64,000 bases of DNA from Planctomycetota bacterium (GTDB lineage: Bacteria; Planctomycetota; JAJSAM01; JAJVHW01): contig JAJRVY010000179.1 in assembly GCA_024277065.1 (NCBI GenBank), forward strand, positions 7,645-71,644. Reading direction: 5' to 3'. Position numbers and translations under genes: made by a program. The notes under the pieces are model-generated. The model did not search any database, had not been told where the DNA came from, and saw nothing but the letters and a program-made list of their open reading frames with translations. Of the stretch, positions 1-11,300 are shown in pieces. Position 1 is the first letter of the stretch. Each line of letters starts with the position of its first letter.

Positions 1-1
1 C

Positions 2-3000
2 TTCCTGCCGGTCAACGGCGACATGAGGTTCCCGCGTCGCAATGCGGAGACCGTCACGATCAACAACGGCCGTGTGTTCCTCATCGGTGGCCAGAACGCC
101 ACCGGCGGCGCCCTCGCCGAACTCGAGACCTACACCCCGCGCGGCGGCCTCAACCAACGGCCGTCGGCCCGCACGGACCTCGAGTCCAACCAGCAGTCGT
201 GGGCTTTCGGCGCACCGATCGTCTACCGCGTCACCGACCCCGAGCGGGATGACGTCCGCGTCATCGTGCAGTGGTCCGACAACGGTGGCACGACGTGGAA
301 TGCGGCGGCCGCGCAGGCCAGCACCATCGGCGGCGACGTCGCCGAGCCCACTGCGCCTGTCACCACCGGCATCTTCGACGACGAGGCACTCGCCATCTCG
401 CCGCGCTCGTTCCCGCAGTCCGACCACAACTACATCTGGGCGATGACGCGTGACATCCCGCGTCCGCCGCCGGGCGGCTCGTCCGGCCCGTACGTGTTCC
501 GCACCATCCCCCGCGGCGCGGTGCTCGGCTCGGCCGCCCAGTCGGTGCCGGTCACGGTGCTGTTCAACACGAAGGTCATCCCCACTCTCCTGCCCCTCGA
601 GAGCCGCGACGGAGTCGTCGGTGCCCGGCAGGGCGGCGACATCCACGTCTGGTTCCACCTGCGTGACATCGACGGTGAAGGTGCGCCGCCGAGCAACGGC
701 GACGCGGCCGAGGCACTCCTCGAGTACGCCGTCGATGCCAACGGCGACGGAATCATCAACGAGGGTGTCGAGTTCTGGAACGCCATGAGCCGTTCCGGCG
801 CCGGCAAGTTCCCCGACCGCCGCCAGGACAACCGCCTCACGGGCCTCCAGACGTACTCCGAGTCGTTCGACAACTCGGACCCGGACTTCGGTGACCGTGA
901 TCCCGCCAAGGGCTGGGCGATGTTCCCATGGGACAGCGTCTTCGACCTCGGCGCACCGCAGACCTCGCGCGGCGACGTGTTCATTCGCGTCCGCCCGTTC
1001 GACAACCTCACGGCGGCAGAGCCCGACGAGGGCTTCACGGCGCAGCTCTTCAACGAGCCGCTGCAGCCGGAGTCGATCCGACTCATCCGTGACCCCGAGG
1101 CGCTTTGGCTCGACGAGTTCCGGCCGGCCGGGGGCAACGCCGCCTCCGTCTCGGTCTACGAGCCGCTCGAACTGCACTTCAACGGCCTCGTCGATCCGGC
1201 GACCGTGAACGACGTGAACATCCAGATCCGGCGCGCCGGCGTGCCGATCCTCGGCGTGTTCACGACCGAGCAGGACGTGGAGGCGTTCACGACCCTCATC
1301 ACGTTCCACCCGCGTCCGAACAGCACGGACCGCGACGAACTCGTCTACAGCGAGCAGGACAACCCGACGGTGCTGTTCCCGTTCAACACGTACTCGATCT
1401 TCATCCCCGGCTACCACGCCGGAGGCGACGTGCCGCTGACCAGCCCCACGCTGCTGCCCGATCTGTCGGGCTTCGGCACGCCCCCGGACGAGACGTTCCG
1501 CCTCGTGCAGAACGTCGAGATCCTGACGTCGTTCACGACGAACGACGGCAACTACGACGACGGCTCTGCCGCCACGGTCGAACTCGTGTCGCCCGTCAGT
1601 GGCTCGACACTGGACACCGACGACTTCGCGAACGGGATCACGCTGTCCTACTCCAAAGGCGTGGACATCGACACGGTCGCGTCGCCGCACGTCACGGTCA
1701 CGATCGACAATGCTTCGGGCGGGCCGACGGCCGCGCGCGCAGCGGCGCCGGTCGTACCTGTGCGACGCACGATCACGAACACACAGGATCCCGTGACCGG
1801 CCTCGTCACGAGCACCGTGCAGCTCATCCCCATGCTGCATCTGCCGTCGGGCCGCACCGTGAAGGTGCAGACATTCAGTGGCCTGGTGGGCGCCAACGGG
1901 CGCCCCGTGGCCTCCTCGTCGCTGACGTACACGGTCGTCTCGTACGGCACGCGCAGCGTCACGACGACGGAGAGTTTCGCCGACACCGATTTCGAGGACG
2001 CCGGCGTCACGGATCGCGCGGCGTGGGGCACCGACCCCTGCGCGCCCGGAGCGCTCACCGGCCTGCAGGCGGCCGGCACGCCGCCGCAAGGTGGTGCCGA
2101 CCTGACCGTGAGCAACGGTCAGGTGACGACGATCACCAACGCGGTGAACGACTACGACGACATCACCGTCGAGAAGGGCGGCACGCTGCGCATCCGCGCG
2201 GCCGGCGCCGTGACCATCCGCGCCACGGGCAATATCACCATTGCCGGGGTCGTGGACTTCCGCGGTGAGAGTGGCTGGACCGGCACGAACGGCAACGCCA
2301 ACGGCACCAGCGGCTACATCACCGGCACGACCACGGGCACCGTCAAGGGCGGCGTCGGGTACAACGGTGGCGGCGCCGGCGGCAAGTCGGCGCTCACCAA
2401 TGCGACGTCCGGCCAGCGCGTGGCCGGCTCCAACGGAGCCGGGCCGTCGTTCGGACAGGGGGGCCTGGTCGCAGGACCCACCACACGGTACTTCTACGGC
2501 TCGGGTGGTGGTGCGGGCGCCGGTCACGGCGCAGCCGGACTGCCCGGCGGCCGGGCGGCGGCACAATCGTTCAGCCTGACCACGTCGAACAGCTTCGGTC
2601 AGCCCTCGACCCCGGGCGGCACCAACGGCGATCCCGAGATGATCTCCGGCCCGTCCGCCGGTTCGGGCGGTGGCGGTGGCGCCAGTGTCACGGCGTCTTC
2701 GAGTTGGCACAACCACGGTGGCGGCGGCGGCGCCGGTGGCGGGGCGGTCACCATCATCAGTGACGGAACGTTCGATCTGCGGCCCTCGGGCTACATCGAC
2801 GGCCGGGGTGGCGACGGCGGCGGCAGCGCGCACTATGCGGGCTCCGGCGGCGGTGGTTCCGGCGGCGGTCTCAAGATCCGTTCCGGCGCGCCCTCCAAGC
2901 TCGACGGTGTGATCGATCTGCGCGGTGGCAAGGGTGGCCCGGCCACGACCGCCTACTACTCCGACTTGTACAACCGCTACCAGACGACGCACGGCACGTC

Positions 3001-3013
3001 ACGGCACGGTTGA
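2..3013 (+). CDS. Giant secreted/surface repeat protein, 5' partial. The frame is open from the window edge. A Kelch-like motif at the N-terminal end is followed by Ig-like segments and long Gly-rich GGxGG repeats of the parallel beta-helix/adhesin type.
   Basis: 996-aa ORF continuing upstream of the window. Contains a Kelch-like motif (NNGRVFLIGGQNATGG) and Gly/Ser/Thr-rich repeats (GGGGAGG, GSGGGGSGGG). No stop occurs between position 2 and 3011. Confidence 0.6.
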   Translation, partial: FLPVNGDMRFPRRNAETVTINNGRVFLIGGQNATGGALAELETYTPRGGLNQRPSARTDLESNQQSWAFGAPIVYRVTDPERDDVRVIVQWSDNGGTTWNAAAAQASTIGGDVAEPTAPVTTGIFDDEALAISPRSFPQSDHNYIWAMTRDIPRPPPGGSSGPYVFRTIPRGAVLGSAAQSVPVTVLFNTKVIPTLLPLESRDGVVGARQGGDIHVWFHLRDIDGEGAPPSNGDAAEALLEYAVDANGDGIINEGVEFWNAMSRSGAGKFPDRRQDNRLTGLQTYSESFDNSDPDFGDRDPAKGWAMFPWDSVFDLGAPQTSRGDVFIRVRPFDNLTAAEPDEGFTAQLFNEPLQPESIRLIRDPEALWLDEFRPAGGNAASVSVYEPLELHFNGLVDPATVNDVNIQIRRAGVPILGVFTTEQDVEAFTTLITFHPRPNSTDRDELVYSEQDNPTVLFPFNTYSIFIPGYHAGGDVPLTSPTLLPDLSGFGTPPDETFRLVQNVEILTSFTTNDGNYDDGSAATVELVSPVSGSTLDTDDFANGITLSYSKGVDIDTVASPHVTVTIDNASGGPTAARAAAPVVPVRRTITNTQDPVTGLVTSTVQLIPMLHLPSGRTVKVQTFSGLVGANGRPVASSSLTYTVVSYGTRSVTTTESFADTDFEDAGVTDRAAWGTDPCAPGALTGLQAAGTPPQGGADLTVSNGQVTTITNAVNDYDDITVEKGGTLRIRAAGAVTIRATGNITIAGVVDFRGESGWTGTNGNANGTSGYITGTTTGTVKGGVGYNGGGAGGKSALTNATSGQRVAGSNGAGPSFGQGGLVAGPTTRYFYGSGGGAGAGHGAAGLPGGRAAAQSFSLTTSNSFGQPSTPGGTNGDPEMISGPSAGSGGGGGASVTASSSWHNHGGGGGAGGGAVTIISDGTFDLRPSGYIDGRGGDGGGSAHYAGSGGGGSGGGLKIRSGAPSKLDGVIDLRGGKGGPATTAYYSDLYNRYQTTHGTSRHG

Positions 3014-3061
3014 GACGGCGGCCCCGGCCGCCTCGTCGTCGAGTCGCCGAGCTTCGCGTCG

Positions 3062-4747
3062 ATGGCGGACGTGCGCGTCAAGGGACAGCTCATGGTCGAG
3101 AAGATCAGCACGCTGCCCACCACGACGCTGCCCGTCAGCACGACCCCCTCGCAGTTCCTGAACGGCGGCGAGGTTGATTACGGCACGGTCAGTGCTGTGC
3201 ACTACGCATCGCTGGTGGTCGGCGCCGGCAAGGTCGTGGATCTCAAGGGCACCAAGGCCCTGACGATCTACGCCGACACGATCGACGTCAAGGGCACTCT
3301 GCGGATCAACGGCCGCGAGCCGCCCTGGGGCTTCACGTCCGCCAGGACCGGTGGTGTGGACGGTTCGGCGCCGGTCGGCGACTACGGTTCCAGCAGCGCG
3401 TCTTCGCCGACGCCACCGACACAGTATGTCGGCGCCAAGGGCAACCTGGGTGGCGGCAACGGCGGCGATGGCCAGACGAACTCCGGTTCGTCGTCCAAGG
3501 GCAACGCCTATCGTTCGTTCGGCAAGGACGGCACGGGCCCGCAGGCGGGCACGAACGTCCACAAGACGACGTCGCCTGGTTGGAGTTCGGGTAGCACCTT
3601 CCACTACTCCGGTGACGCGGGCGGTGGCGGTGGCGGCAACGCCACCGAGGGCGACTCGGGCTGGGCGCCGTACGTCATCGGCGGCCGCTACAACTACGTC
3701 GGCTTCAAGGCCGGCGAGAACAACGGCCGCTCGCCGGCCAACGTCGCGAGCGACGTCGGCAACGGCGGCGGTCGCGTCGATCCCAGCAACATCACCGTGG
3801 CGACTCTCGGCAACGCCGTGGGGTCGGGCGGCGGTGGTGGCAACGACAGCATGTACTCGTACATTCGTGCGGGACTCTGGAACTGGAACTACTACGGCAT
3901 GAATGGCGCGGCCGGCTCGGCGGCCGGTGCGCTCGCACTGGTCGGCGACGACACGCTCACCGTGTCCGGCACCATCGAGGCCAAGGGCGGCTCGGGCAAC
4001 CTGCCCGGTGGTGCCTACATCAACTCCCGGACGTATGCCAACAGTGGTGGCGGCGCCGGTTCGGGCGGCACCGTGATGCTCGTCGGGGACACGGTCTCCA
4101 TCGCGGCCATCACGAACATCAACGACGCCACGAGTGGTGCCACGTTCGATCTGAACGGCGGCATCGGTGGCGGTCGCCGCCAGCAGTACCGCAACAGCTC
4201 GACGATCAGCCGCTATCCGACCTACAACTCCTTCGGCACGTTCGGCGGAGACGGTGGCTACGGTCGGCTCATCGTGCAGTACACGAACAGTCTGAACTCC
4301 GGTGCCACGCTCTTCAACCGAGGAGGCATGGAGCACGTCGGCTTCGACGACAACAACCGCGTCTACTCGGTGCTCGCCGGCACCGCCCGTGCTCGCTGCC
4401 TGGGCGGCAACGACGGCGGGAACTACCGCTCGACGTGGTACGACCTCGACTCGCTCTCGCCGGTGGTGAACGACGTCGCGCCGGGGACGGTGGGCGGCAA
4501 TACGACCTTCACCATCCAGGGTGAGGGCGCGCAGTCCGATCCACACGATCCGGGGCCCGGCGGGACCGGGGTGGCGGACGATGCCAATACGAGCGGCATG
4601 CAGTCGGCGGCCACGGGCTTCCTCAACGGTTGGCGCTTCTTCCGCTTCGGAGGGACGATCAGCCGTACGACCACGGATCCGACCAAGCCGCCGCCTGTGC
4701 TCGACGACGTGGCGTTCCCGTACGTCACGGACGACCTGGCGGACTAA
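3062..4747 (+). CDS. Gly/Asn/Ser-rich repeat surface protein. It is a paralogous continuation of the upstream giant protein, in the same frame and separated from it by a single TGA.
   Basis: 561-aa ORF with GGxG repeats and recurring GDGGYGRLIVQY-type motifs. The 48 nt between the upstream TGA and this ATG are open in-frame and encode DGGPGRLVVESPSF. Confidence 0.55.
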   Translation: MADVRVKGQLMVEKISTLPTTTLPVSTTPSQFLNGGEVDYGTVSAVHYASLVVGAGKVVDLKGTKALTIYADTIDVKGTLRINGREPPWGFTSARTGGVDGSAPVGDYGSSSASSPTPPTQYVGAKGNLGGGNGGDGQTNSGSSSKGNAYRSFGKDGTGPQAGTNVHKTTSPGWSSGSTFHYSGDAGGGGGGNATEGDSGWAPYVIGGRYNYVGFKAGENNGRSPANVASDVGNGGGRVDPSNITVATLGNAVGSGGGGGNDSMYSYIRAGLWNWNYYGMNGAAGSAAGALALVGDDTLTVSGTIEAKGGSGNLPGGAYINSRTYANSGGGAGSGGTVMLVGDTVSIAAITNINDATSGATFDLNGGIGGGRRQQYRNSSTISRYPTYNSFGTFGGDGGYGRLIVQYTNSLNSGATLFNRGGMEHVGFDDNNRVYSVLAGTARARCLGGNDGGNYRSTWYDLDSLSPVVNDVAPGTVGGNTTFTIQGEGAQSDPHDPGPGGTGVADDANTSGMQSAATGFLNGWRFFRFGGTISRTTTDPTKPPPVLDDVAFPYVTDDLAD

Positions 4748-4802
4748 CGTCCCAAGGAACTACCGGTCGGAGGGATGACCCTCACGGATCGATGACAACA
4801 CG

Positions 4803-4838
4803 AGAGGCCGCCCGGCAACGGGCGGCCTCTTCTTCGTT
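4803..4838 (+). terminator. Rho-independent terminator (GAGGCCGCCCG-GCAA-CGGGCGGCCTC followed by TTCTTCGTT) downstream of the Gly-rich protein gene.
   Basis: Perfect 11-bp GC stem plus T-rich tail, read directly from the sequence. Confidence 0.6.
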
Positions 4839-4934
4839 GAGCCCTGCGTTCTCGTATGAACCTCCGGCTCCTCCTCAGCGCCTGCCCGTCGGCGGGGGCG
4901 CCGCGCGGCGTCGTGTGCGTGATAGCCTGCGGGC

Positions 4935-5747
4935 GTGCGCCACCCACGTGTGCTGACGATTGCCGGTTCGGACCCGAGCGGTGGCGCGGGGCTTCAGGCG
5001 GATCTGAAGGTCTTCCACGCATTTCGCTGCTACGGCATGGCGGCGGTGACCGCGCTCACCGCGCAGAACACCGTCGGCGTCGAGGGCGTACACGGCGTCC
5101 CGGCGGAGTTCCTGGAGCGGCAGATCGCGGTCCTCGTGGACGACTGTCCGCCGCTCGCCACGAAGACCGGGATGCTGTTCTCCGCCGCCGCGGCCCATGT
5201 CGTGGCGCGCTGGGCCGAGCGAGGAGCCCTCGGCGTGCTGGTCGTGGATCCGGTGATGGTCGCAACGAGCGGCGATGCGTTGGTGGAGCCGGACGCCGTC
5301 GCCGCGATCCGCAGCCATCTCCTGCCGTGCGCCGCGGTGATCACGCCGAACCTCCCCGAGGCCGGTGTGCTCCTCGGGCGAGCCGTCACGGACGCGGATC
5401 ATGCGCGGGCCGCCGCGGAGGATCTGGCGCGGGAGTACGGCGCCGTGGCGGTCGTGAAGGGCGGCGACGCGGCGGGGACGGGACCGATCCAGGACGTGGT
5501 GGCGCACCCCGGCGAGGCGGCCGCGTCGAGGACGCACGTGCGTGTGCCGCTGCCGGCAACGCACGGAACGGGGTGTACGCTCTCCGCGGCCATTGCGGCC
5601 TGCCTGGCGCGCGGGCTCGATGAGGCGTGTGCCATCGACCTGGCCACCGACTTCGTCGTTGCCGGGTTGCAGTCGGCCTTCGCCGTGGGGCACGGCGCCC
5701 GGCCCGTCAATCACTTTGCCGCGTCCGGCGTGGACGGCGCCGCGTGA
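4935..5747 (+). CDS. thiD: Hydroxymethylpyrimidine/phosphomethylpyrimidine kinase
   Basis: Begins VLTIAGSDPSGGAGLQADLK and contains GTGCTLSAAIAA, characteristic of the ThiD/PdxK ribokinase-like family. GTG start. Confidence 0.9.
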   Translation: MRHPRVLTIAGSDPSGGAGLQADLKVFHAFRCYGMAAVTALTAQNTVGVEGVHGVPAEFLERQIAVLVDDCPPLATKTGMLFSAAAAHVVARWAERGALGVLVVDPVMVATSGDALVEPDAVAAIRSHLLPCAAVITPNLPEAGVLLGRAVTDADHARAAAEDLAREYGAVAVVKGGDAAGTGPIQDVVAHPGEAAASRTHVRVPLPATHGTGCTLSAAIAACLARGLDEACAIDLATDFVVAGLQSAFAVGHGARPVNHFAASGVDGAA

Positions 5748-6709
5748 CGTCCGTGCCCGGCGTGCTTAGCATCTCCATCGTCGGCACCGGGGCGGTGGCG
5801 CGCGCGATCGCGCGCGCGCACGCGGACGCCGGCGGGCGCGTCGTGGCCGTGCAGTCTCGCTTCTCGGAGCGCGCGGCGGCGCTGGCCGCGCGCGTGGGGG
5901 CGGCGCCCGCCGCCGCCGACGGCGATCTGCTTGCGGCCGACGTCGTCGTCGTGGCGGTGTCCGATCGCGCCGTGGCCGCTGTCGGCGCGCGGCTCGAACG
6001 CTCGCTGCCGTTGCTGCCCGCGCCGACGGACGAGACCGCCGACGCAGCAGCGTCGCCGTGCGCAGAGACCCCGCTGCCGCTCGTTCTGCACACGAGTGGG
6101 GCGCTCCCCGGGGCCGCTCTCGGTCGCGGCGGCCTGCGCACGGGCTCGCTGCACCCGCTCCAGACCTTCCCCGCGCCCGAGCGCGGCGGCCCCGGTGACA
6201 CCTGTGATCCCCGCGTGGTGGACGCGCGGCTGGCGGCGCGCGTGCCCGGTACGCACTGGTTCCACGAGGGCGCAGGGGAGGCCGCTGCGAGGGCGCTCGT
6301 CGATGCCTGGGGGGGGGAGTTCCACGCCCTCTCCCCCGGGGCCAAGGCGCTCTACCACGCGGCGGCCGCCATCGTCTCGAACCACACGGTGGCGCTGTTC
6401 GACGCGGCGACGCAGATCCTCGGGACGGCCGGGATCGCGCCGCAGGATGCGCGCGCTCCGCTCGCGGCGTTGCTCGCCGGAACGACGGAGAATCTCCGCG
6501 ACGTCGGCGCTCCCGCGGCGCTCACCGGCCCGGTGGCGCGTGGTGACGTGGAGACCGTGGAGCAGCACCTCGCTGCGCTGCGGTGTGCGGCGCCGCATCT
6601 CGTCGCATCCTACGCCCAGTTGGCGCTCCTGGCGCTCGATGCGGCGGTACGGCGCGGCGGCCTCGACGGCCCGACGGCCGTGCGCCTGCGGCGCGTTCTC
6701 TCCGGCTGA
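5744..6709 (+). CDS. Rossmann-fold NAD(P)-binding protein of the DUF2520 / predicted oxidoreductase type.
   Basis: SISIVGTGAVARAIARA dinucleotide-binding motif at the N-terminus. GTG start overlaps the thiD stop (GTGA). Confidence 0.55.
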   Translation: MTSVPGVLSISIVGTGAVARAIARAHADAGGRVVAVQSRFSERAAALAARVGAAPAAADGDLLAADVVVVAVSDRAVAAVGARLERSLPLLPAPTDETADAAASPCAETPLPLVLHTSGALPGAALGRGGLRTGSLHPLQTFPAPERGGPGDTCDPRVVDARLAARVPGTHWFHEGAGEAAARALVDAWGGEFHALSPGAKALYHAAAAIVSNHTVALFDAATQILGTAGIAPQDARAPLAALLAGTTENLRDVGAPAALTGPVARGDVETVEQHLAALRCAAPHLVASYAQLALLALDAAVRRGGLDGPTAVRLRRVLSG

Positions 6710-6772
6710 GCCGGGTTCCCTCCGCTGCGCCGGGCGCCCTCTGGCTGACGAGCGCCGGATACCTGCCCGGCG

Positions 6773-8227
6773 TCAGACCGTGACCTCTCCCGCCGCCGTG
6801 TCGAGCGCGTCGCCGTGCTGCGCGAGCACCGGGTTCATGTGGCCCGCCAGGAACTCATCCACCTGCTCGCGCGAGCGCCCGACGAAGCGCGCGGGATCGA
6901 GCATGCCGGGGATCTCGTCGCGAACGGCGGCGAACGCGCCGTCCGCGGCGAGCCGCTCGAGGAGATCGTTGGCGGCACCCTCTTCCTTGATGCGCCGGGC
7001 AGCGGCATGGGAGTGCCTGCGGATACTTTCGTGGAGCTGCTGGCGGTCACCGCCGGCGGAGACGGCGCGCATCAGGATCTCCTCGGTGGCCATGAACGGC
7101 AGCTCACGCGTCAGCTCGCGCCGCAGGGCCGCCGGGTACACCTGCAAGCCCCCGCCGACGTTCTCGAGCAGCACGAGCAGGGCGTCCGTCGCCAGGAACG
7201 CCTCGGGGATGGCGATGCGGTTGCCGGCGCTGTCGTCGAGCGTGCGCTCGAGCCACTGCTCGGCCGCCGTCACCGCTGCATACGAGGACAGGGACATCAC
7301 GAGGCGCGCCAGCGACGTCATGCGCTCGGAACGCATGGGGTTGCGCTTGTAGGCCATCGCGGAGGAGCCGATCTGGGACTCGCCGATGGGCTCCTCGACG
7401 CAGCCGAGTCCCATCAGCAGCCGCACGTCGTTCGCCATCTTCTGCGCCGACTGTGCGACCCCGGCCAGGAACGTGAGCGCGTCGGCGAACACCTTGCGCG
7501 ACACGGTCTGCCCCGTGACCGGGAACGTGGCGTCGAAGCCCATCGCCGCAGCCACGCGGCGGTCCATCTCCAGCACCTTTTCGTGGTCGCCGTCGAAGAG
7601 CGTCAGGAACGATGCCTGGGTGCCCGTCGTGCCCTTGGCACCGCGCAGCCGCAGCCGTCCACGCTGCCACTCGCACGTATCGAGGTCGAGCAAGAGGTCC
7701 TGCAGCCACAGGCAGACGCGGCGGCCGAACGTCGTCGGCTGCGCCGGCTGGAAGTGCGTGTACGCCAGGCACGGCACGTCGCGGTGCCGGGCCGCGAGGT
7801 CGCGCAGCCCGGCGATGGCGCGCACGAGCCGGTCACGGATGATGCCGTAGGCGTCGCGCAGCAGCACCAGGTCGGTGTTGTCCACGACGAACATGCTCGT
7901 TGCGCCTAGGTGGATGATCGGCGCCGCGGCGGGGCACTGCACGGCGAAGGCATGGACGTGGGCCATCACGTCATGGCGCACCAGACGCTCGCGCTCCTCG
8001 GCGACGGCGTAGTCGATGTCGCCGAGATTCGCCTCCATCGCGGCGACCTGCTCCGCCGAGATGCCGAGCCCGAGTTCGTGCTGGGCTCTCGCGAGCGCCA
8101 GCCAGAGCTGCCGCCACGTGCCGAACCGGCGCTCGTCGGCGAAGACACGCAGCATGTCGGCGCTGGCGTAGCGCGTGGCGAGCGGGTTCACGTAGATGTC
8201 GCGGCGACGAGTCGGTGGCGCGGGCAT
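6773..8227 (-). CDS. purB: Adenylosuccinate lyase
   Basis: Strong PurB / fumarate-lyase family similarity (GATSMFVVDNTD, SSAMAYKRNPMRSE signature). The ATG at 8227 is preceded by GGAGGA. Confidence 0.9.
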   Translation of the reverse strand: MPAPPTRRRDIYVNPLATRYASADMLRVFADERRFGTWRQLWLALARAQHELGLGISAEQVAAMEANLGDIDYAVAEERERLVRHDVMAHVHAFAVQCPAAAPIIHLGATSMFVVDNTDLVLLRDAYGIIRDRLVRAIAGLRDLAARHRDVPCLAYTHFQPAQPTTFGRRVCLWLQDLLLDLDTCEWQRGRLRLRGAKGTTGTQASFLTLFDGDHEKVLEMDRRVAAAMGFDATFPVTGQTVSRKVFADALTFLAGVAQSAQKMANDVRLLMGLGCVEEPIGESQIGSSAMAYKRNPMRSERMTSLARLVMSLSSYAAVTAAEQWLERTLDDSAGNRIAIPEAFLATDALLVLLENVGGGLQVYPAALRRELTRELPFMATEEILMRAVSAGGDRQQLHESIRRHSHAAARRIKEEGAANDLLERLAADGAFAAVRDEIPGMLDPARFVGRSREQVDEFLAGHMNPVLAQHGDALDTAAGEVTV

Positions 8228-8310
8228 CGGGAGTCCTCCGGAGAGGTGTCCATTGTCCGTGCTACCGCCGCTCGTGCCCAGAACGCCCGGGTGATCGCGG
8301 TGGCGCCGCG

Positions 8311-11300
8311 TCACTCGGTGTCGGGGATGGCGTCCAGTGCCCAGGCCACGAGCTCGGGAAGATCCTCCCAACGCTCGAACGCGGGTTCGGCGAGGGCCTG
8401 GGCCGCGGCCCGGTCGTCGCGCAGGATCGCCTCGTGGAGGAGATCCTGCGCCAGCACGTCGTCGCCGGCGCGTGCCAGCGCCCGCGCATACCAGTACGGA
8501 TACGAGGACCAGCGGTGCACGCGGCCGCGGCGGTGTGCGAGGTACTCTCCGCCGGCGTCGCGCACGCGCTTGCGATCGAGCCGCAGCGCCTCCGCGTACT
8601 GCGGCAGGCCGGCGGGGGGACCGTCGAGCCTCTCGTTGACCCAGCCGAGCCAGAGGTGCGCGCGCGCGTGGGCCTCGTCCACGGTCACCGTCTGGAGCAG
8701 CGCATCGCGCGCCGTCTCGTCGCCGAGCCCGATCTTCGCCCGGCCATAGCCCTCGAAGTACGCCAGCGCGCCGTTCTCGGGAGCGGGGGCTCGCAGACCG
8801 TCCAGCAGCGCCGTCGCGGCGACACGGTCGCCGGCAGCCGCCGCGGCCAGAGCTCGCAGGAGATCCCGCTTTCCGCGCTCCTCGAGGCGCCGCTCGGGCG
8901 ACCGCCAGCCCTCCTCGACGTCGGCGAGCGCGATCGCGGAATCGTGGGCTGCCGCCGCCTCGGCGAAGCGCCCCTCCGCCTCGAGCTGCGACGCCACGTA
9001 GCGCGACATCTCGACGTCGAGTGGCGAGAGCCGCGGCGCCGTGTGCAGAACGTGGCGCATCAGCGCCAGGGCGACGCCCGGGCGGCGCCGTTGCGGCAGG
9101 TTGTAGGCGCCGGGATCACGCAGGTAGCGCGCGATCCCGTCGATGTAGTCCTCGGCCAGTCGCACGTCGTCGCCGCTGCGCGCCAGGGGGGCCAGGCGCC
9201 TCTCGACCAGGTCGCGGCCGGTGGCCTCGTCGAAGTGCGACAATGCGCAGACGAGGGCGCGCGCCGAGCGCACGGGAGGCGCGCCGGCCGGCTTGAACGG
9301 ACCGTCGCCGGTCGTCGAGTAGGGCACGACGGCGCGCGCGATGTCCGGGTGCAGGAGGTGGCGCACGAGAGCCTCGCCGGCTGCGCGCGTGCCACATCGA
9401 CCGAGCGCGATCGCCGCACGGCGGTACACCTCGAGCGCCGGTGCACTGCTGAGCGACGCGCGGAGTGCGGGGCGCCGCCAGGCGTCGAGCATGGCGACCA
9501 GCGCGGGAACCGCAGGCGTGAAACGAAGCGCTCCGATCTGCTCGGCTGCCATGGCGAGCTTCTCCGCATCCTCGAGCTCGGAGAGGAGTTTCGTGAGCAG
9601 CGCACCGGCCTCGTCGCCGGCGGTCTCGGTCACCAGCCGCAGGGCCTCGCTCGTGAGTGCCTTGGAGCGCGATGCACGCGCCAGTTCGATCAACTCCGCG
9701 GGCGGCGGCGCCTTGCCGTCACGCGCGAGCAGCACCAGTGCGACCTCGCGCTCCTCGTCGTTCCAAGCGGCGCTGCGAAGACCTGCGGCGAGCTGCCGCG
9801 GCCGGATCTCGGCGTCCTCCGAGCGCAGCAGCATGAGGGCCGCCCAGCGGCGGCCGGATGACGCGAGCATCTCCTCGAACAGGGCGAGCGCCGCGGGTGA
9901 CCCCCCCAGAGTCGCGAGCGTCGCCAGGATCTCGCGACGCGTCGCCGGTGCATGCTCGCTCTCGAGGGCCGCCAGCAACGCGGCGTCGTCACTCGTGCGC
10001 ACGACGCGGCGCAGCAGGCGCGCGGCCGTCTCGCGGAGCACGTCGTCGTCGTCGCTTGCCAGCGTGCGCAGCAACTCGGGCCGTGCGCCCTCGCCCGCGC
10101 AGGCCTCGAGCGCCGCCAGGAGAGCGCGCCGCACGCGTCGGCGCCGCCGGCGCCGGTCGTCGGGCGACGACGGCGTGACGGCCGCGGTCTCCGGCGCGGC
10201 GGCGCGCTCCGCCCGCCTGTCGGAGCCGTTCTCGGTCTCGAGCGCCGTGCGGACGAGGTCGGCGTCGCTCTCGCGGCCCGCGCGCGCGATCAACTGCGCG
10301 GCCGCGGCTCGGACGTCGGCGTGGCCGTGGGAGAGGAGCCCGCGCGCGACGTCGGCGGCGGCCCCCGCGTCGCGCCGGGCGAGCGCCTCCAGCGCGTGCT
10401 CGCGCAGCCTGGCGGGCGTGGCCTCGCCCGCGGCTAGGCGCACCAGGACCGGTCCGGCGGGCAGGTCCGGGCGGCGCTTCAGGAGATCGACAGCAGCCCA
10501 ACGCGCCTCGCCGTCCCTGTGCGCGAGCGCGGCGTCGAGCCGCGCTGCGAGATCGTCGCCGCCGGAGGCCTCGATCGCGAGCAGCAGCGATCGTCGCACG
10601 CCGTCACCGGCGTGTCCGTCGAACGTCGCACGTAGTTCGTCGCGCAGGCGCGGCGCAAAGAGGAGCTGGATCTTGCGCAGCGCGAAGCGGCGTGTGGCCG
10701 GCGCCATCACGTCGGCCTGCGGCCCCACGGCGAGGTCCCGCAAGAGCTCGAAGGCCGCCTCGCGGCGGATCTCGAGCAGCGCCTCGACGATCAGCTCGAG
10801 CGGGCTGCCGTAGTGCTCGACCTTGCGCTGCGCGATGCGTCGGGCGACGTCGTCGGCGCTTCGCCGCAGCCACGGGACGGCCTCCGGCCCGAGGCGTCCG
10901 AGAGCCGCGCGGAGTGCCGCCGCGCCGGCGTCACCGAGCTGTCGCAGAACGGCATGCGCGACGAGGTCGTCGTCCAGCACCGTCGTCCCTCCCAGGTCGA
11001 GCAGCGCGGCGCCCGCGGCAGCCGCCATCTCGGCGTCGTCGCTCTCGAGCAGGCCGCAGCGCAGTGCCGGGAGCACGTCGTCCTCGCGATCGCGGTAGAG
11101 CCGCAGCGCCGCGAGTGCGAGAGAGCGGTCCACGGGGTCCGCTTCCGTGTCGTCGTAGATCGCGAGCAGGTGGGGCAAAGCCGCCGGCGCCCCGAGTGGC
11201 ACGATGGCGCGCAACGCGGCTCGCCGCGCGTCGGGGTCGGGGTCCTGGAGTTGCGCCACGAGCACGGGTTCCGCGCGCGCCCGCTGCAGCACACCGCGCA

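Noticed and set aside
4839-4934. TPP riboswitch upstream of thiD. The same was checked upstream of thiE at 54846-54932.
   Set aside because: No CUGAGA / THI-box-like conserved core is visible in either leader.
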